In this document: positions 1 to 55,151 of the stretch, piece after piece | How positions within the stretch are numbered: position 1 is the stretch's first letter | Layout: the number at the start of each line of letters is the position of its first letter | Assembly: GCF_018350175.1 (NCBI RefSeq) | Contig: NC_058369.1 | Location: 8,186,001 to 8,250,000 of the forward strand | Length of the DNA stretch: 64,000 nucleotides | Direction of reading: 5' to 3' | Source: Felis catus | Taxonomy: Eukaryota | Notes under the pieces: model-generated | What the model was told of the DNA's origin: nothing | The model's input: the letters and a program-made list of their open reading frames with translations, nothing else | Database searches by the model: none | Translations under genes and position numbers: made by a program

Positions 1-33
1 GCGCTGCCCGGCTCGGCCTCGGCCTCGGCCTGC

Positions 34-41
34 GCGGCGGC

Positions 42-72
<31 letters not shown>

Positions 73-113
73 GCCTGGGCCCGGGCGCGGCGGCGGCGGC
101 GGCGGCGGCGGCG
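34..113 (+). repeat. (GGC/GCG)n trinucleotide tracts in the CARM1 5' leader
   Basis: About 13 GGC units with one AGC interruption (36-74), then (GCG)9 at 87-113. Confidence 0.95.
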
Positions 114-134
114 GGGCCTGGAGCCGGATCTAAG

Positions 135-38222
<38,088 letters not shown>

Positions 38223-38719
38223 GCCCCTCCAGCGTGGAACAGACTGACAGCACCAGGAAACCAAATGAAGACCCTGCCCACCCACCCCCCTGCCTGGGCG
38301 GCTTTCACCCCTGTACCGGAGAAGCCCAAACACCCGGTCACGGCCCTCTTTGCTATGGGAACTCGGACACTTTTTTACACGACATCGCCGCCGCCGCCCC
38401 CACTCCACCGCCCACCCACATCTTGGCCCCGAGCGTGTGTCGCTGCCGTATTTTACACGAGATCATGTCGTGGGAGCCCCGTTTCCCCCTCCTGCCCTCC
38501 ACCCTGACCTGGGTTTGACATCCTCCGTAACAGGCGTGTCCGGGCCGGACAGCTGCAGGCCTGGCGGGGAGGTCGGGGGAGCAGCTGCGCACCCCCCACC
38601 CCCCAACGGGTCCCTCGGCGCCGGCCCCCCCCCCCCCGCCTGTCTCCAGGGGGAAGGCGGTCCTGACTGGGCGGGGCCTCCCCTTCTACTACCAGGCCTT
38701 GGTCACAATGGGCGTGACA

Positions 38720-39742
38720 TGCTGCTTTTTTTAATTTTATTTTTTTACGAGAAGAACCAGTGTCAATCCACAGACCCTCTGAGAAACCAGGCCGGCCGGG
38801 CCGAGCCAGCAGCCCCTCTCCCCCACTCAGAGGCTCAGTGGTGAGGGGCAGCCCTGCCGAGTCTTCGGGACAGGGGTGGGGCCAGGCCTCTGGAGACCCG
38901 AGGCCCCCTCCCACCAAAGGGTTCACCTCACACTTGAATGTACAACCCACCCCGGCTGTCGGGAAGGCCCTCCGTCCTCGGCCCCTGCCTCTTGCTGCTG
39001 TCCTGTCCCCGAGCCCCTGCAGGTCCCCTCCCCCACCCCTGCCGAGAGCTAGAGCAGGTGGCCCCGTGGGCCCCAGGCCTGGAGGAAAGGGCCACCGTCA
39101 GCCGCTCGGGGCAGACCTGAGAGACCTCGAGGCTCGGTCGTGGAAGGCGTCCTTTTCCCTTGTAGCTCACATTAGGCCTGTGTGTTTCCCCCCACATTTG
39201 TAGACGCTCCAGTCCCTCTTACTATGATGGCATTGTGGTCCCTCCCTAGCCTGGGAAGGGGCCTTGCAGGGACCTCTCCTCACCCCCCCCACCCCCAAAA
39301 AACAAAAAAAATAAACGAGGAAATGTATGTTTCAGCACAGGCCATTTTCTTCTACTTCTCCCCCGCCCCATTTCTAACCCCTCCAAACTTGGCCGTGGTG
39401 GAGCTCAGGTGAGGAGGCCCCAGGACCTGCTGACCGGGCACCCCGGGAAGGGCAGGCACAGCTGACGTGGGGGTGGCCCCCTTTGCTCTCCCGACCGTCC
39501 CCCCAGGGAAAGCAGAGGCCTAGCGGGCAGCCCGTGGGGCAACGGCCACACCGGAAGCTCCCTGCTTGGCTGCCCCTTTCCCACCTTTATATAAATTCTC
39601 TGAATCACCTTTGCATAGAAAATAAAAGTGTTTGCTTTGTAAGAAAAGTCTGGAAAGTAGCAGAGCGATCTCGAGGTGTCAAGGGGGCCTTCGGTCCTCG
39701 TGTGAGGGGCAGGGCAGGCGGAGGCGTCCCCTCGTGTGGAGC
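38720..39742 (-). other. YIPF2: Probable YIPF2 terminal 3' UTR exon, antisense to the CARM1 3' UTR
   Basis: Minus-strand acceptor ctctctctttcag at 39743; minus-strand poly(A) candidates TATAAA (39586-39591) and AATAAA (38736-38741). Confidence 0.65.
39621..39626 (+). terminator. Probable CARM1 poly(A) signal (AATAAA); alternative upstream AATAAA at 39310-39315
   Basis: Canonical hexamer about 1.4 kb downstream of the stop codon, followed by TG/T-rich sequence. Confidence 0.7.
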
Positions 39743-39822
39743 CTGAAAGAGAGAGACTCCTAAGAGCAGCCAGCCCGGTGAGGCCTCCGTCGAGGAGGAG
39801 AGGCGGGAAGACCCCTCAGTCA

Positions 39823-43804
<3,982 letters not shown>

Positions 43805-44016
43805 GGTCACCCAGGGGCGTCACCGCATCCCGCTCTGAGGACAGAAGCCAATGACGCCCGCCCCCAACCCAATTAATGCGGTGCCCTCCCTCACCCCACC
43901 GATGTCTATCCCTCAGCACCGAGCCCAGCCTGGCAGCTAAGGGCACCGAGCCGCGGTGGGGGGGAGGGGGTTGAACTCGCCGCCCCCGCCCCACAGGTGC
44001 ACCCCGCCCCCCTCAC

Positions 44017-44160
44017 CTGAGGCTCCCTCGGGCGGCGTGGCCCAGACTCTCTGCGCCTGCGCGGCCCGCCTACCCGCCGCAGCCGGCCCCGCTCAGACCA
44101 GACAGCAACATCCGGCACCGGGTCCGTTTTCTATCCTCTTCCGACGGGAAGCCACTTCCG
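44017..44160 (-). other. YIPF2: Probable YIPF2 non-coding first exon (TSS boundary uncertain)
   Basis: Minus-strand donor CAG|gtgagg at 44016, inside the CpG island upstream of the start-codon exon. Confidence 0.6.
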
Positions 44161-44255
44161 GCGCGCTTGACGCTTCCGCAGGACCCCCGCCCCGGGCCTT
44201 TTCCTTCTCATTCCCGGCGTTTCTCGTCGGAAAAGGGACGCCAAGCCGGAAGAGG

Positions 44256-45119
44256 ATGGCGGCGGCCGCTCTGAAAAGATTTTGGTCCCGAAACCGTGAA
44301 GACCCTGGGGGCCCAGCGGCCGCGAAGCCCGGCGTGTGGGCGCGGTTGGGTGAGTAGCGGCGGGAGGCGGCGGGGTGGGTGGCCGCAGCGGCCCGCCGTC
44401 ACCGCGTCTGTCCCGCTTCCCTCCCCCCAGGCTCCTGGGCCCGCGTACTGCTCCGAGACTACGCGGAGGCCTGCGGGGACGCGGCGGCGGCGGCGCGGGC
44501 CCGGCCCGGACGGGCGGCCGCGTACGTGGGGCTGCTGGGTGGCGCGGCGGCCTGCTGCGCGCTGGCGCCCGGCGAGGCGGCCTTCGAGGAGGCGCTGCTC
44601 GACGCGTCGGGGACCCTCTTGCTGCTGGCCCCGGCCACCCGCAACCGCGTCTCCGAGGGCCACGTGCAGCGGCTGCTCTGGCTTCGGGGCCGCGGCCGCC
44701 TCCGCCACGTGAGCCTGGGCCTGTGCTCGCTCGTGTACGAGGCGCCCGTCGACGCCCAGGCCAGCCTCTACCAGGCCCGCTGCCGCTACCTGCAGCCTCG
44801 CTGGGCCGACTTCCCGGACCGGATCCTGGACGTGGGCTTCGTGGGCCGCTGGTGGGTGCTGGCCGCCCGCATGCGCGACTGCGACGTTAACGACGACGAG
44901 TTCCTCCACCTGCCGGCCCACCTGCGCGTCGTCGGGTCCCATCAGCTGCGCTCCGAGACCAACGAGCGGCTCTTCGACGAGAAGTACGAGCCCGTGGTGC
45001 TCACCGACGACCAGGTGGACCAGGCGCTGTGGGAGGAACAGGTCTTGCAGAAGGAGAAGAAGGACCGACTCGCCCTCAGCCAGGCCGACTCCCTGGTGCG
45101 GCCCGAGGGGCCCAGATGA
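44256..45119 (+). CDS. TIMM29: Mitochondrial import inner membrane translocase subunit Tim29 (TIM22 complex; C19orf52 ortholog), 260 aa
   Basis: join(44256..44349,44431..45119) = 783 nt with an 81-nt GT-AG intron; Arg/Ala-rich presequence-like start [30 protein letters not shown] hydrophobic segment; DCDVNDDEF motif; gene order CARM1-YIPF2-TIMM29. Confidence 0.96.
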
Positions 45120-45536
45120 AACCCCGGGCCTGGGTCGGGTCCGGGCTCCGAGCCCCGGCGGCTTGTGTGGCCCGGAGCGCACGGCCGCTGCGAGCCGGGG
45201 AAGCAAATGCTGTGCAGAGCGCGCTCTCCCTGCGTTTTCGCCACCTTTCTAGAAGGCCGCTCTCCCTCTCCCCCTCCCCTTGTTCCTTGTTAGCTGAAGC
45301 GGTTGCGGAGCCCTCTGGGTCAGGGAGGTGGGGAGGGCCCAGCGGTAAGACGGCGGAGTTGATCGCTGCGAGCGTTCGTCCTGAGCCCTTTGTGTAAATG
45401 AACTTTTCGTGGAGTCTCACAGCCCCTCGCCCGAGGGATCCTATTTGTCGAGTGACTCCGGCGCTCTCCTAAGACTATTCAGATTATTTTAAGCTTGGCA
45501 ACGTTCTTTTCGTTGTCCCAAGTGTCTTTATTTGAA

Positions 45537-45542
45537 AATAAA
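45537..45542 (+). terminator. Probable TIMM29 poly(A) signal AATAAA
   Basis: First canonical hexamer seen, about 420 nt after the stop. Confidence 0.6.
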
Positions 45543-47289
45543 GCTAAAAAATTACTGGTCTCAGAGGAAAGTGGGAAAATACCACAGGCATCCTGCGCCC
45601 CCTTCCCCCAGCGTACCCCAAATGGTAATGTTTGACAGGAAGCCACACCCGACCCGGAGACTGCAGTGGGAGGACTGCAGACTTCACAGGACAGCATTTT
45701 GCAAAAACCAACACCAAACTTTTTACCACCTAGGACAGTGATGTCAAAATGACGCAGAAGGGGAAAACATTATTTAATTCGGAATTATCTATGGAATCAT
45801 AGATGCTTATATTTCAGAAACCCTGAAAACCCAGAATCCTGTGGAATGGGATGTGTTAGTGCACAAAGGTTAGGATAACCCTCCTTTACAGACACAGGAA
45901 TGAGACTACCTCTGTCACCCGCGTGGTTTGTGGCTGCTTGATAAAACCGTCAGATGAAACAACTGTCTTTGTTGGGATGTTTGTGTTACTGCGTTCGGCC
46001 ATTTAGTTTTGGTACTTCTAGACCTTCCATTCATGCTCCGGGTGCCGGACACACAGTAATTTTTATGTCCTTATTTTTGGGACAGTGGAGCATCTTGTAC
46101 GTCAGCATCTTCACTTTACAGCAGAAAAAGTGGGGTTCAAAAAGTTCATTTTTTTCTGGGGCACCTGGGTGGCTCAGTCAGTTAGGTGTCCGACTCAGGT
46201 CATGATCTCATGGTTCATGGGTTCCAGCCCTGCCTCAGGCCGTTGCTGCCAGCTCAAAGCCTGGCGCCTGCTTCAGATTCTGTGTCTCCCTCTCTCTGCC
46301 TCTATCGTGCTCACGCTTTCTCTCAAAAATAAACAGACATTAAAAAAATTTTAAAGGGGCGCCTGGGTGGCTCAGTCAGTTGACCATCCGACTTCGGCCC
46401 AGGTCATGATCTCACAGTCCATGAATTCGAGCCCCACGTCGGGCTCTGTGCTGACAGCTCAGAGCCTGGAGCCTGTTTCAGATTCTGTGTCTCCATCCCT
46501 CTCTGAACCTCCCCCGTTCATGCTCGGTCTCAAAAATCAATAAAGGTTAAAAATTTTAACAAAAAAAAAATTTTTAAAGTGGATTTTTTCCCCAAGACTG
46601 TGGCAGAGCCAGGATTCAAACTGCAACTCCCAACCCTGTGCCTTAATCTTCGAACTTGGGATGCTATTTTTTGATCCTAACAGCATCCTGCTAGAAATTA
46701 TTAAATGTTGCTATCATTAGCCATAGATAAAACTTAAATACACAAATAAAAATTCTGCATACGGAATAAATTTTAAGTGAATATAAAAAATGCAGTAAGG
46801 ACAAAAGACAAAGGATACTAAGTTATAATCCTATATGGTTACCTGCAGAAATTTCTGGGCCTAAATCCTGATGTCTTCGTTAAAGAGATATTGGCCAACT
46901 TCAGGGAAAGTTCTAAGACACACTGGCCTCCAAGTGAGAGGTGTTCCTTAGTGTGATCAGAAGTTCTGGAAGAGAACTGCACAGCTTCACTGCTTGAGGT
47001 GGTTATTAAATGCCACTTCTGGGGCACCTGAGTGGTTCAGTCGGTTAAGCATCTGACTCAGGCTCAGGTCATGATCTAACGGTTCTTGAGTTTGAGCCCC
47101 GCATTGGGCTCTGTGTGGACAGCTCAGAGCCTGGAGCCTATTTTAGATTCTGTGTCTCCCTCTCTCTGCCCCTTCCCTGCTCGTGCTCTCTCGCTCAAAA
47201 AATAAAAATTGAAATAAAAAATAGGGTTTTAATGTTTAAGTCTCAGCTTTCATACTGGTTTTGTAACTGACCGGGGCTAGAACAGTTAC

Positions 47290-49300
47290 ATAAGAAAAAA
47301 GGCGAACAAATTGTAAAGGAAGTAAAACTGATACTATTTGCAGATAATGTATTATTTACAGAAATCTCTAAAGACCCCATGAAAAAACGGATAGAATAAA
47401 TGAATTCACTAATGTTGAAAGATACAAAATGCAAGAAGTCTGTTGTATTTCTATACATTAATAATGAACAAATTAAGAAAACAATCTAATTTACAAGTGC
47501 ATCAAAAACACCACCTAGGGGGCGCCTGGGTGGCTCAGTCGGTTAAGCTGCCGACTTCGGCTCAGGGCATGATCTCGCGTTCTGTGAGTTCGAGCCCTGC
47601 GTCGGGCTCTGTGCTGACAGCTCGGAGCCTGGAGCCTGTTTCAGATTCTGTGTCTCCCTCTCTCTGACCCTCCCCCGTTCATGCTCTGTCTCAAAAATAA
47701 ATAAACGTTAAAAAAAAAAAACCTAGGAATAAATTTAACCAAGAAAGTGAAAGACCTTCCTTAACCAAGGAAGTGAAAACTTTAAGACATTTATGAAAAA
47801 CCTGAAGACACAGATAAACGTAAAGATACACGGTGCTCATGGATGGGACGAATATTGTTAAAATGTCCATATTCCCGGGCACCTGGGTGGCTCAGTTGGT
47901 TGAGCGTTTGACTTCGGCTCAGGTTTGTGAGTTTGAGCCCCACATCGGGCTCGCTGCGGTCAATGCAGAGCCTGCTTGGGATCCTCTGTCCCCCTCTCCC
48001 ACTGATTCTCTTTCTAAAGAAATAAACATTAAAAAAACAAAAATCCATATTCCCCAAAACAATCTGCAACCCTACCAAAACTCCAATGGCATTTCACAGG
48101 GGAAAAAAAAAATCCTAAAATTTATAGGGAACCCCAAATAGCCAAAGTAATCTCAGGGAGGAACAAAGCTGGAGGCGTCATGCTTCCTGATGAAGTATGT
48201 TGCCAAGGTATAGTATTCAAAACGGCATGGTATCAGTATCATACAGACACAGCTCAATGGAACCAGAGAGCCCAGAAATAAACCTACGAATATATGGTCA
48301 ATTGATTTATAACAAAGGAGCCAAGAACACACAGTGGGTAGAGAGCAGTCTCTTCAGTAAATGGTGTTCGGAAAACTAGACAACCACATTAAAAAAAAAG
48401 CAAAACAGAGCCACTATCTTACACCACATACCAAAAGTAATTCAAAGTGGATTAAAGAACAGGAGACCTGAAACCATAAAACTAGAAGAAAACATACGCA
48501 GGAAGCTCCTTGACATTGGTCTTGGTGACAAATTTTTTGATTTGACACCAAGGGTGCAGGCAACAAAAACAAAAGTGGAACCAAGGCAAACTAAAAAGCT
48601 TCTGCACGGCACTCTCAAAAATAAACATTTATTAAGAAAAGGCGGGGGGGGGGGGCGCGAAGCACCTGAGTGGCACAGTCAGTTAAGCGTCCGACTTCGG
48701 CTGAGGTCATGATCTCACAGTTCGTGAGTTCGAGCCCCGTGTCGGGCTCTGTGCTGACAGCTCGGAGCCTGGAGCCTGCTTTGGATTCGGGGTCTCCCTC
48801 TCTCTCTGCCCTTCCCCTGCTCACACTTTCTCTCTCATAAATAAATATTAAATGTTAAAAAAAAAAAAAAACTAACTCAAAAAGATCCATGTTCCCCTAT
48901 GTTCGCTGCAGCATTATTTACGATAGCCAATATATGGAAACACCGGTGAATGATCAGATAAGGATGATATGATGGATGTAGGATAGAATATTACTGAGCC
49001 ATAAAAAGTAGCAAACCTTGCCATTTGCAACAACATGGATGGACCCTGAGAACGTTATGCCAAATAAGTGAACCAAAGACAAATGCCAGGGGAACTCACT
49101 TATGTGTGGAATCTAAAAAACAAAAAGACAAAAGAAAAAATAAAACTGGGCTCACGGATACAGAGAAGAGACTGGTGATTGCCAGAGAATGGAGGCAAAA
49201 TGAGTAAAGGGGTCAAAAGGTACAAACTTCAAGTCGTAAAATAAATCATGGGCATATAATATATTGTATAGTGACCATGGTTAATAATATGGTATATTTT
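47290..49300 (+). mobile_element. Degraded sense L1 (ORF2 3' part and 3' UTR) interrupted by SINEs
   Basis: ORF2-like motifs (tatttgcagataat, ctaggaataaatttaaccaag, gagagcccagaaataaacc, aaactaaaaagcttctgcac) and L1MA-like 3' end (ggtcaaaaggtacaaacttc); frameshifted. Confidence 0.85.
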
Positions 49301-51994
49301 GGGGGCGCCTGGGTGGCTCAGTCGGTTAAGCATCCGACTTCAGCTCAGGTCATGATCTCACAGGTCCCGCATAGGGCTCTGTGCTGACAGCTCAGAGCCT
49401 GGAGCCTGCTTCGGATTCTGTCTCCTCTCTCTGCCCCTCCCCACTTGTGCGCGCTCAAAAATAAATAAATGTAAAAAAAAAAATTTTTTTTAAAGATCCT
49501 CCCTTTCTCTCCCTCTGCCCCTCTGCTTAGCTCATGCTCCCTCTCACTCTCTAAAAGAAAATTTAAAAAAACCAAAACCATTTTTTTTAATATATATTTT
49601 TAAAAGCAGGGTTTGAATCTCACCTTCCACACTTCCTAGCTTTGTGACTGACCTAGGACAGGTGGAGCTCCTTATCTGTAAATGGGAAAGGACTCTGCCC
49701 AGGGTTGTTAGGAAAAAATCAAAAACCACCAGAAAGCACTTGGCACCCGGCACGCATCTGCATTGCAGGTTGTGTCCGCGGGTCTCATGGGTGAGACCGT
49801 GGCTCTGAATCTGTGCCCCACAATTACCTGTTACCTGGAAAGGCTGCTGCCCCCGAGCCTTGCAGACCGCCCAGCCTGCAGGGATGGAGCCCGCCCAGGG
49901 CTGCCCACGGGGAGGGCTCAGTAAACAGAGGATGGACAGGGCCTGGGACTTGTCCCCCAGAGCCCAAAGACACCCGGATACAATAGGCTCATTTTCTTGA
50001 GGCCAGTTCTCGCTTTTTCTTAAAATTTATTTTTTTTAATGTTTATTTTGGAGAGAGAGAGAGAGCGCACAAGCTGGGGGGTGGGGGCAGAGAGAAAGAG
50101 GGAGAGAGAGAGACGGGAGACAGAATCCCAAGCAAGCTCCAGGCTCTGAGCCATCAGCACAGAGCCCGACGCGGGGCTCAAACTCACAAACTGGGAGGTC
50201 ATGACCTGAACCGAAGCCAGCCACTTAGCCCATTGAGCCACCCAGGTGCCCCTCAAATTTATTCTTAACAAGCTTTAATGATTTCGGCCTTCCCAGCCAG
50301 TCCGGGGTTGGCTCCAGGCGCTCGAAGCAGGCTGTTGTAATCAAAGAGACCAGCAGAGGGCACCGGAGACGGGGCTCAGAGAAGCTGGCTGGCTCCTCCC
50401 CAGTAGGAACGGCTAGCCCCCCACTAGCTTTTGTTCTGAGAAGCAGCCGAGGAGGTAGTGCGGTGGGCACACATCCCTCCTTTAGAGCACACGCTGGTCT
50501 TTAGAGACGTTGGTAGATGGTGGCCAAGGTCAGGGCTGCAGGGAGGGGCCGCACCCATCCCTCGAACCTGCACCTACCTTGTTAGCTGGAGGCCTGATGC
50601 TCCCCCTTGAGACTTCCTGGAGTGCACGGACGGACAGACTGGCAGGGTCGCCTGGTTTGCCTTGGGAGCCCTTCCAGTCCCCTGGTGTTCTGGAAGTTGT
50701 ATCGAGGCATCCAACGCAGTAGGACCTGGGGTAGAGGAAGGCAAGCGGGGTGCCTAGGGCAGAGGCTTTAAGGAGCTCCCTCCCCGGGGGCAACAGCGCA
50801 GGGACGGCCCCTGGGAGGCAACGCCTCCTTAAATTCTGCGACCGAGGGGCCTCACTCGGCTGGAGTCCAAACCTCAGAGCGTGCTTTCCAGACTCGCTCC
50901 TCCCTGAGGCCACAAGCTTTTCTTAGGTCCGTGCTCACAGCCACAGGTGGAAGCACGTGACTTTTTAAGAGCTCTCAGCCAATCACCCTCGTCCGAATTT
51001 GGTTACAGCAGAGGTACCTATTTGGGAGACACCTGAAAGAGGAGCCAATAGGACGTTAAGGCTTGGGAACGGCCAACAAAGCTCTAAAACTCTTGTCTGA
51101 AAAATTCCAAACACACAACTATGTCTGAACCTCCACACGTACTCGTCACCCAACTCAACAGCGAAGACTGTGAGCCACGTTTGTATCAGGTGTCCCTTCT
51201 TAAGGTTTCCTTTGACACAATAGCTTAGTAATGTTTTATTTTTAGTTTTGAGAGAGAGAGAGCACAAGTGGGGAAGGGGCAGACAGAGAGGGAGACAGAA
51301 GATCTGCCGTGGGCTCGGCACGGACAGCACAGAGCCCGACGCGGGGCTCGAACTTACAAACCACGACATCAAGTCGGACGCTCAACCGACTGAGCCACCC
51401 AGGCGCCCCGCTTGAGTATTTTAAAGCAAATCCCAGACATCGCAGCAACAAACCCCTATAGTTTCCGCGTGCACTTTTTTACACAGTGACAACGTGATTG
51501 TCACACCAAACAAAATCTAGAGTAATTCTCTGGAATCATCTGAGGCCAGTCCGTGATCATTTTTCTCTGATAGTCTTAACACGTGTTCTCAAACTTTGAT
51601 CTGTTTGAATCTAGAACCAAACAAAATGCACATATTCTTTTTTTTTTTTTTTAATATTTATTTATATTCGAGAGAGAGCGGGAGCGAGGGAGGGGCAGAG
51701 AAACAGAATCTGAAGCTGACTTCAGGCTCTGAGCGGTCAGCACAGAGCCCCACTTGGGGGCTTGAACTCGCAGTGAGAGCATGACCTGAGCCAAAGTCGG
51801 ATGCTCAACCAACTAGGCCACCCAGGTGTCCCTCTGTTTGGTTGTTTTAACTCCTGTTTAATCTAGAGAAGTCTCCCCCCCCCACACACACACACAGCTT
51901 TGACCTGTTGCAAAAATGAGTTTAACTATCTTGAGATGTAGCCCACATGAGGGGTTGGTCAGCTTGTTGTCGGCTGGGTTCCAGGCAACCACAA

Positions 51995-52060
51995 TTTTTA
52001 TTTATTCATTCATTCATTCATTCATTCATTCATTCATTTATTTATTTATTTATTTATTTA
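51995..52060 (+). repeat. Compound (TTCA)n(TTTA)n tetranucleotide microsatellite
   Basis: Directly visible next to an antisense SINE tail. Confidence 0.85.
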
Positions 52061-53299
52061 TAGATGGATTTTTTTTTTAAGTTCATTTATTTATTTAGAG
52101 AGAAGGAGTGACTCCCGAGCAGGCTCTGCACCATCAGCACAGAGCCCAACACGGGGCTCAAACTCACAAACTGTAAGATTATGACCTGAGCTGAAATCAA
52201 GAGTTGGATGCTTAACCGACTGAGCCACCCAGGTGCCCGCAACCACAATTTTAAATCTTCCCAGGTGATGTCAATAAACGACCAAGCCTAGAACCACTGG
52301 TCGGGAGGTTCTAGCACGCCCCTTCCCAGTGGGTACTTTGGATTAGTCCCGCGTCACGTGTTGGGAGGCATGCCATGACTGGCTGTCTCCGACAGGGCCC
52401 TCAGGGGTGAGGTGTCCTCTTTGCCTTTCATCTAAGGATTTTTTTTATTTTTTAACTTAAAAAATGTATTTAAATGTTTATTTTTGAGAAAGACAGAGCG
52501 TTAGTGGGGGAGGGTGAGAGAGAGAGAGAGAGACAGACGGGGGTCACAGAACCCAAGGCAGGCTCCAGGCTCTGAGCTGTCAGCACAGAGCCTGACACGG
52601 GGTGCGAACTCACGAAACACAAGATCCTGAACCTCATCCGAAGTCTGACGCTTAACCGACTGGGCCACCCAGGCGCCCCAATACTTTTGTTCCTGTCACC
52701 ATATCTGGGGCTCATGAGACTCCAGCATCCCACGTAAACTGCCATCGAGTCACCGTGACCTACCAGATGGAGCTTCTGGAGAACTCGCTGCCCTCCCCTA
52801 TGACAAGTCCTGGGCTTGCCCTTTAAGCATTTCCCTGAGGGCCGCTGCAAGGCCGAGATGGCCTCTTCCCCACCCGGCAGCTGTTTCGAAGAGCCGCTCA
52901 TTGTTACGGACAACACCTGTGACGACGGCCATCCCTGGGCCAGCTGAGACCAGAACAGGCACCGCCAGGGACCGTCGTGGACTCGGCTGGACCCAGGAGC
53001 TCCCAAGCGCGCTGCGAACACCCTAGGCAGCCCCGGAGGGCCCGCCGAAACCGGTTCCTTGGAGCAGCGATGTCCCAGGCCTTCCGGCCCCCACCCCCAC
53101 CCCGCCCCTCTCTCTTACTCGACCCGCTTTGAATTAAGGGAAAAATTGCTAGGGTAGTTGGCACGGGTAAGGCTCCAGGCTTTTAAGCTGTCCATTTATT
53201 TATTTTTTTGACGGAGGTGAAACCCACATAACATCAAGTCGACCCGTTCGAGGTGTACCATACAGTGGGATTTAGAACATTCGCGTGGTTGTAGGCCCA

Positions 53300-53914
53300 G
53301 TGGTGTGGGAAATGGAGGCAGAAGGAAAGGACAGATGACGTTTCTCCCGGGACTCCCTACTTAGTAGTAACGCTTTGCCAGAGGGAAAAACAACCTTGGC
53401 TTGACGACCGCTAGGCCTCCAGTACCCCGGGAGTCTGCTTTAGTCTGTGGAAATCCCACTGGAAACTCCCCCTTGGCTTCACCTCCCCCAGCTCCCAAGT
53501 GTGTAACCAGTGTCTCTCCATGGTCCCTGGGGCAGCTCTTCCTGCCCGCCGGTCCCGGGCCCGTGTTTGTTTTTGGTTTTGTTTTTTGAGGGGGTTAAAG
53601 GAGCCTTTATTAGAATGTTGTAGCGGTGTGTTTTGAAGGCGGCGAACCTACAAAATAGGGATTTTAAATTAAGTCCCTAACTGCATGGATAGGAAAACTG
53701 GGGCTGGGGCTGAAGCGGGGAGCAGCGTACCCCATCTCCACGTCGACGCGCGTGTGTGCGTGCACACAGGACACCCTTGCACCTGCGCGGACGCAGCCCC
53801 GTCGCGCCCGTGTTTTAATAAAATCACCTTTCTGTGCCAAAGACATCTTCCAGAATTCTTTCTTGGCCGTCAGCTCCTGACCCCATGAACCCCACTGTCA
53901 CCCCAAGCCTCATC
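53300..53914 (+). mobile_element. Probable solo ERV LTR inserted into an antisense L1 3' end (about 53195-54258)
   Basis: TG...CA ends and internal AATAAA at about 53817; the L1 3' UTR sequence resumes on both sides. Confidence 0.6.
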
Positions 53915-55151
53915 AACCACCACCTCGACCTATTTCTAAAGCATTTTTATCACCCCAAAATAAGGCTCAGTACCCATTAGGCAGTCACTCTCTACTCCCC
54001 GCCTCCCTCTAGCCCCTGGCCGCCCCCCCCCCAGTCTGCTTTCTGTCTCTGTGGATTTACTAATTCTGGATATTTCATATAAACGGAATCACACAAGATG
54101 TGACTTTTGGCGTCTGACCTCTTTTCTTGCCTAATGTCTTCAAGGTTCATTCAGGTGGTAGCAAGTGTAGGATTTTATTCATTTTTCTGGATGAATAATA
54201 TTCCGCTGTACGGATCTAGCATATTTTGTTGTTCACTCATTCAAAGATTGGACATCCGGTGGGGCGCCTGCGTGGCTCAGTCAGTTAAGCGTCCAACCCC
54301 GGCTCAGCTCACGATCTCACAGTTTGTGAGTTTGAGCCCCGCGTCGGGCTCTGTGCTGACAACTCAGAGCCTGGGGCCTGCCTCGGATTCTGCGTGTCCC
54401 CCTCGCTCTCTGCCCCTGCCCCACTCAACCCTCTGCCTCTCTCTCAAAAATAAATAAACACTGGGGCACCTGGGCGGCTCAGTCGGTTAAGCGTCCGACT
54501 TCGGCTCAGGTCATGATCTTGCGGTTCGTGAGTTCAGGCCCCGCGTCAGGCTCTGTGCTGACAGCTCAGAGCCTGGAGCCTGCTTCGGATTCTGTGTCTC
54601 CCTCTCTCTCTCTGACCCTCCCCCATTCATGTTCTGTCTCTGTCTCAAAAATAAATAAACGTTAGAAAAAATTTAAAAAAAAGACCAAAATGTTTAAAAA
54701 TAAATAAATAAACATTAAAAAGAAAAGTAAAAAAATCAGTAAAATCTAAAAGCCTGCAAAACCCACTTCTCTGTAATGACATAAAGGCGTGCTAAGACAC
54801 GTTAAACACCAGACTTAGAACGGTCTCGGTCTCTGGTGGGGTCCAAGGCAGGAAAGTGGGGAGGTGCATGCTGGAGACCTTCGCTCTATTGGCAAAGCCA
54901 GGAGGTGGGTATGTGGCTGTTTGCTGTATTCATCTTCATATGTCTTGTTATCTCTTAAATTCTGCAGAGCGAAACGTAGAACATCAAACAAAACCGGGGG
55001 GAGGGTTAAGGGAAGGACGGCTGAGTGCCTGGCTCGACTTACGTTTTTCACAGAATGAGATCAGCCGCTGCTCCCTCAACACTGCTCAAGTTCAGGGTCG
55101 CTGGGGAGTCACGGTTTGACGTCCAGGTAAGCAGGAAACTACCTTTATGCC

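Noticed and set aside
43956..44357. Open frame upstream of the TIMM29 ATG, and in-frame 81-nt intron
   Set aside because: The extension would start upstream of the likely TSS and mask the presequence; intron retention meets TAG at 44355-44357.
44208..45206. 332-aa minus-strand ORF
   Set aside because: Antisense shadow of the GC-rich TIMM29 CDS; non-ATG start and no recognisable domain.
47734..47780. Direct duplication ttaaccaag(a/g)aagtgaaa
   Set aside because: Local slippage duplication within a dead L1.
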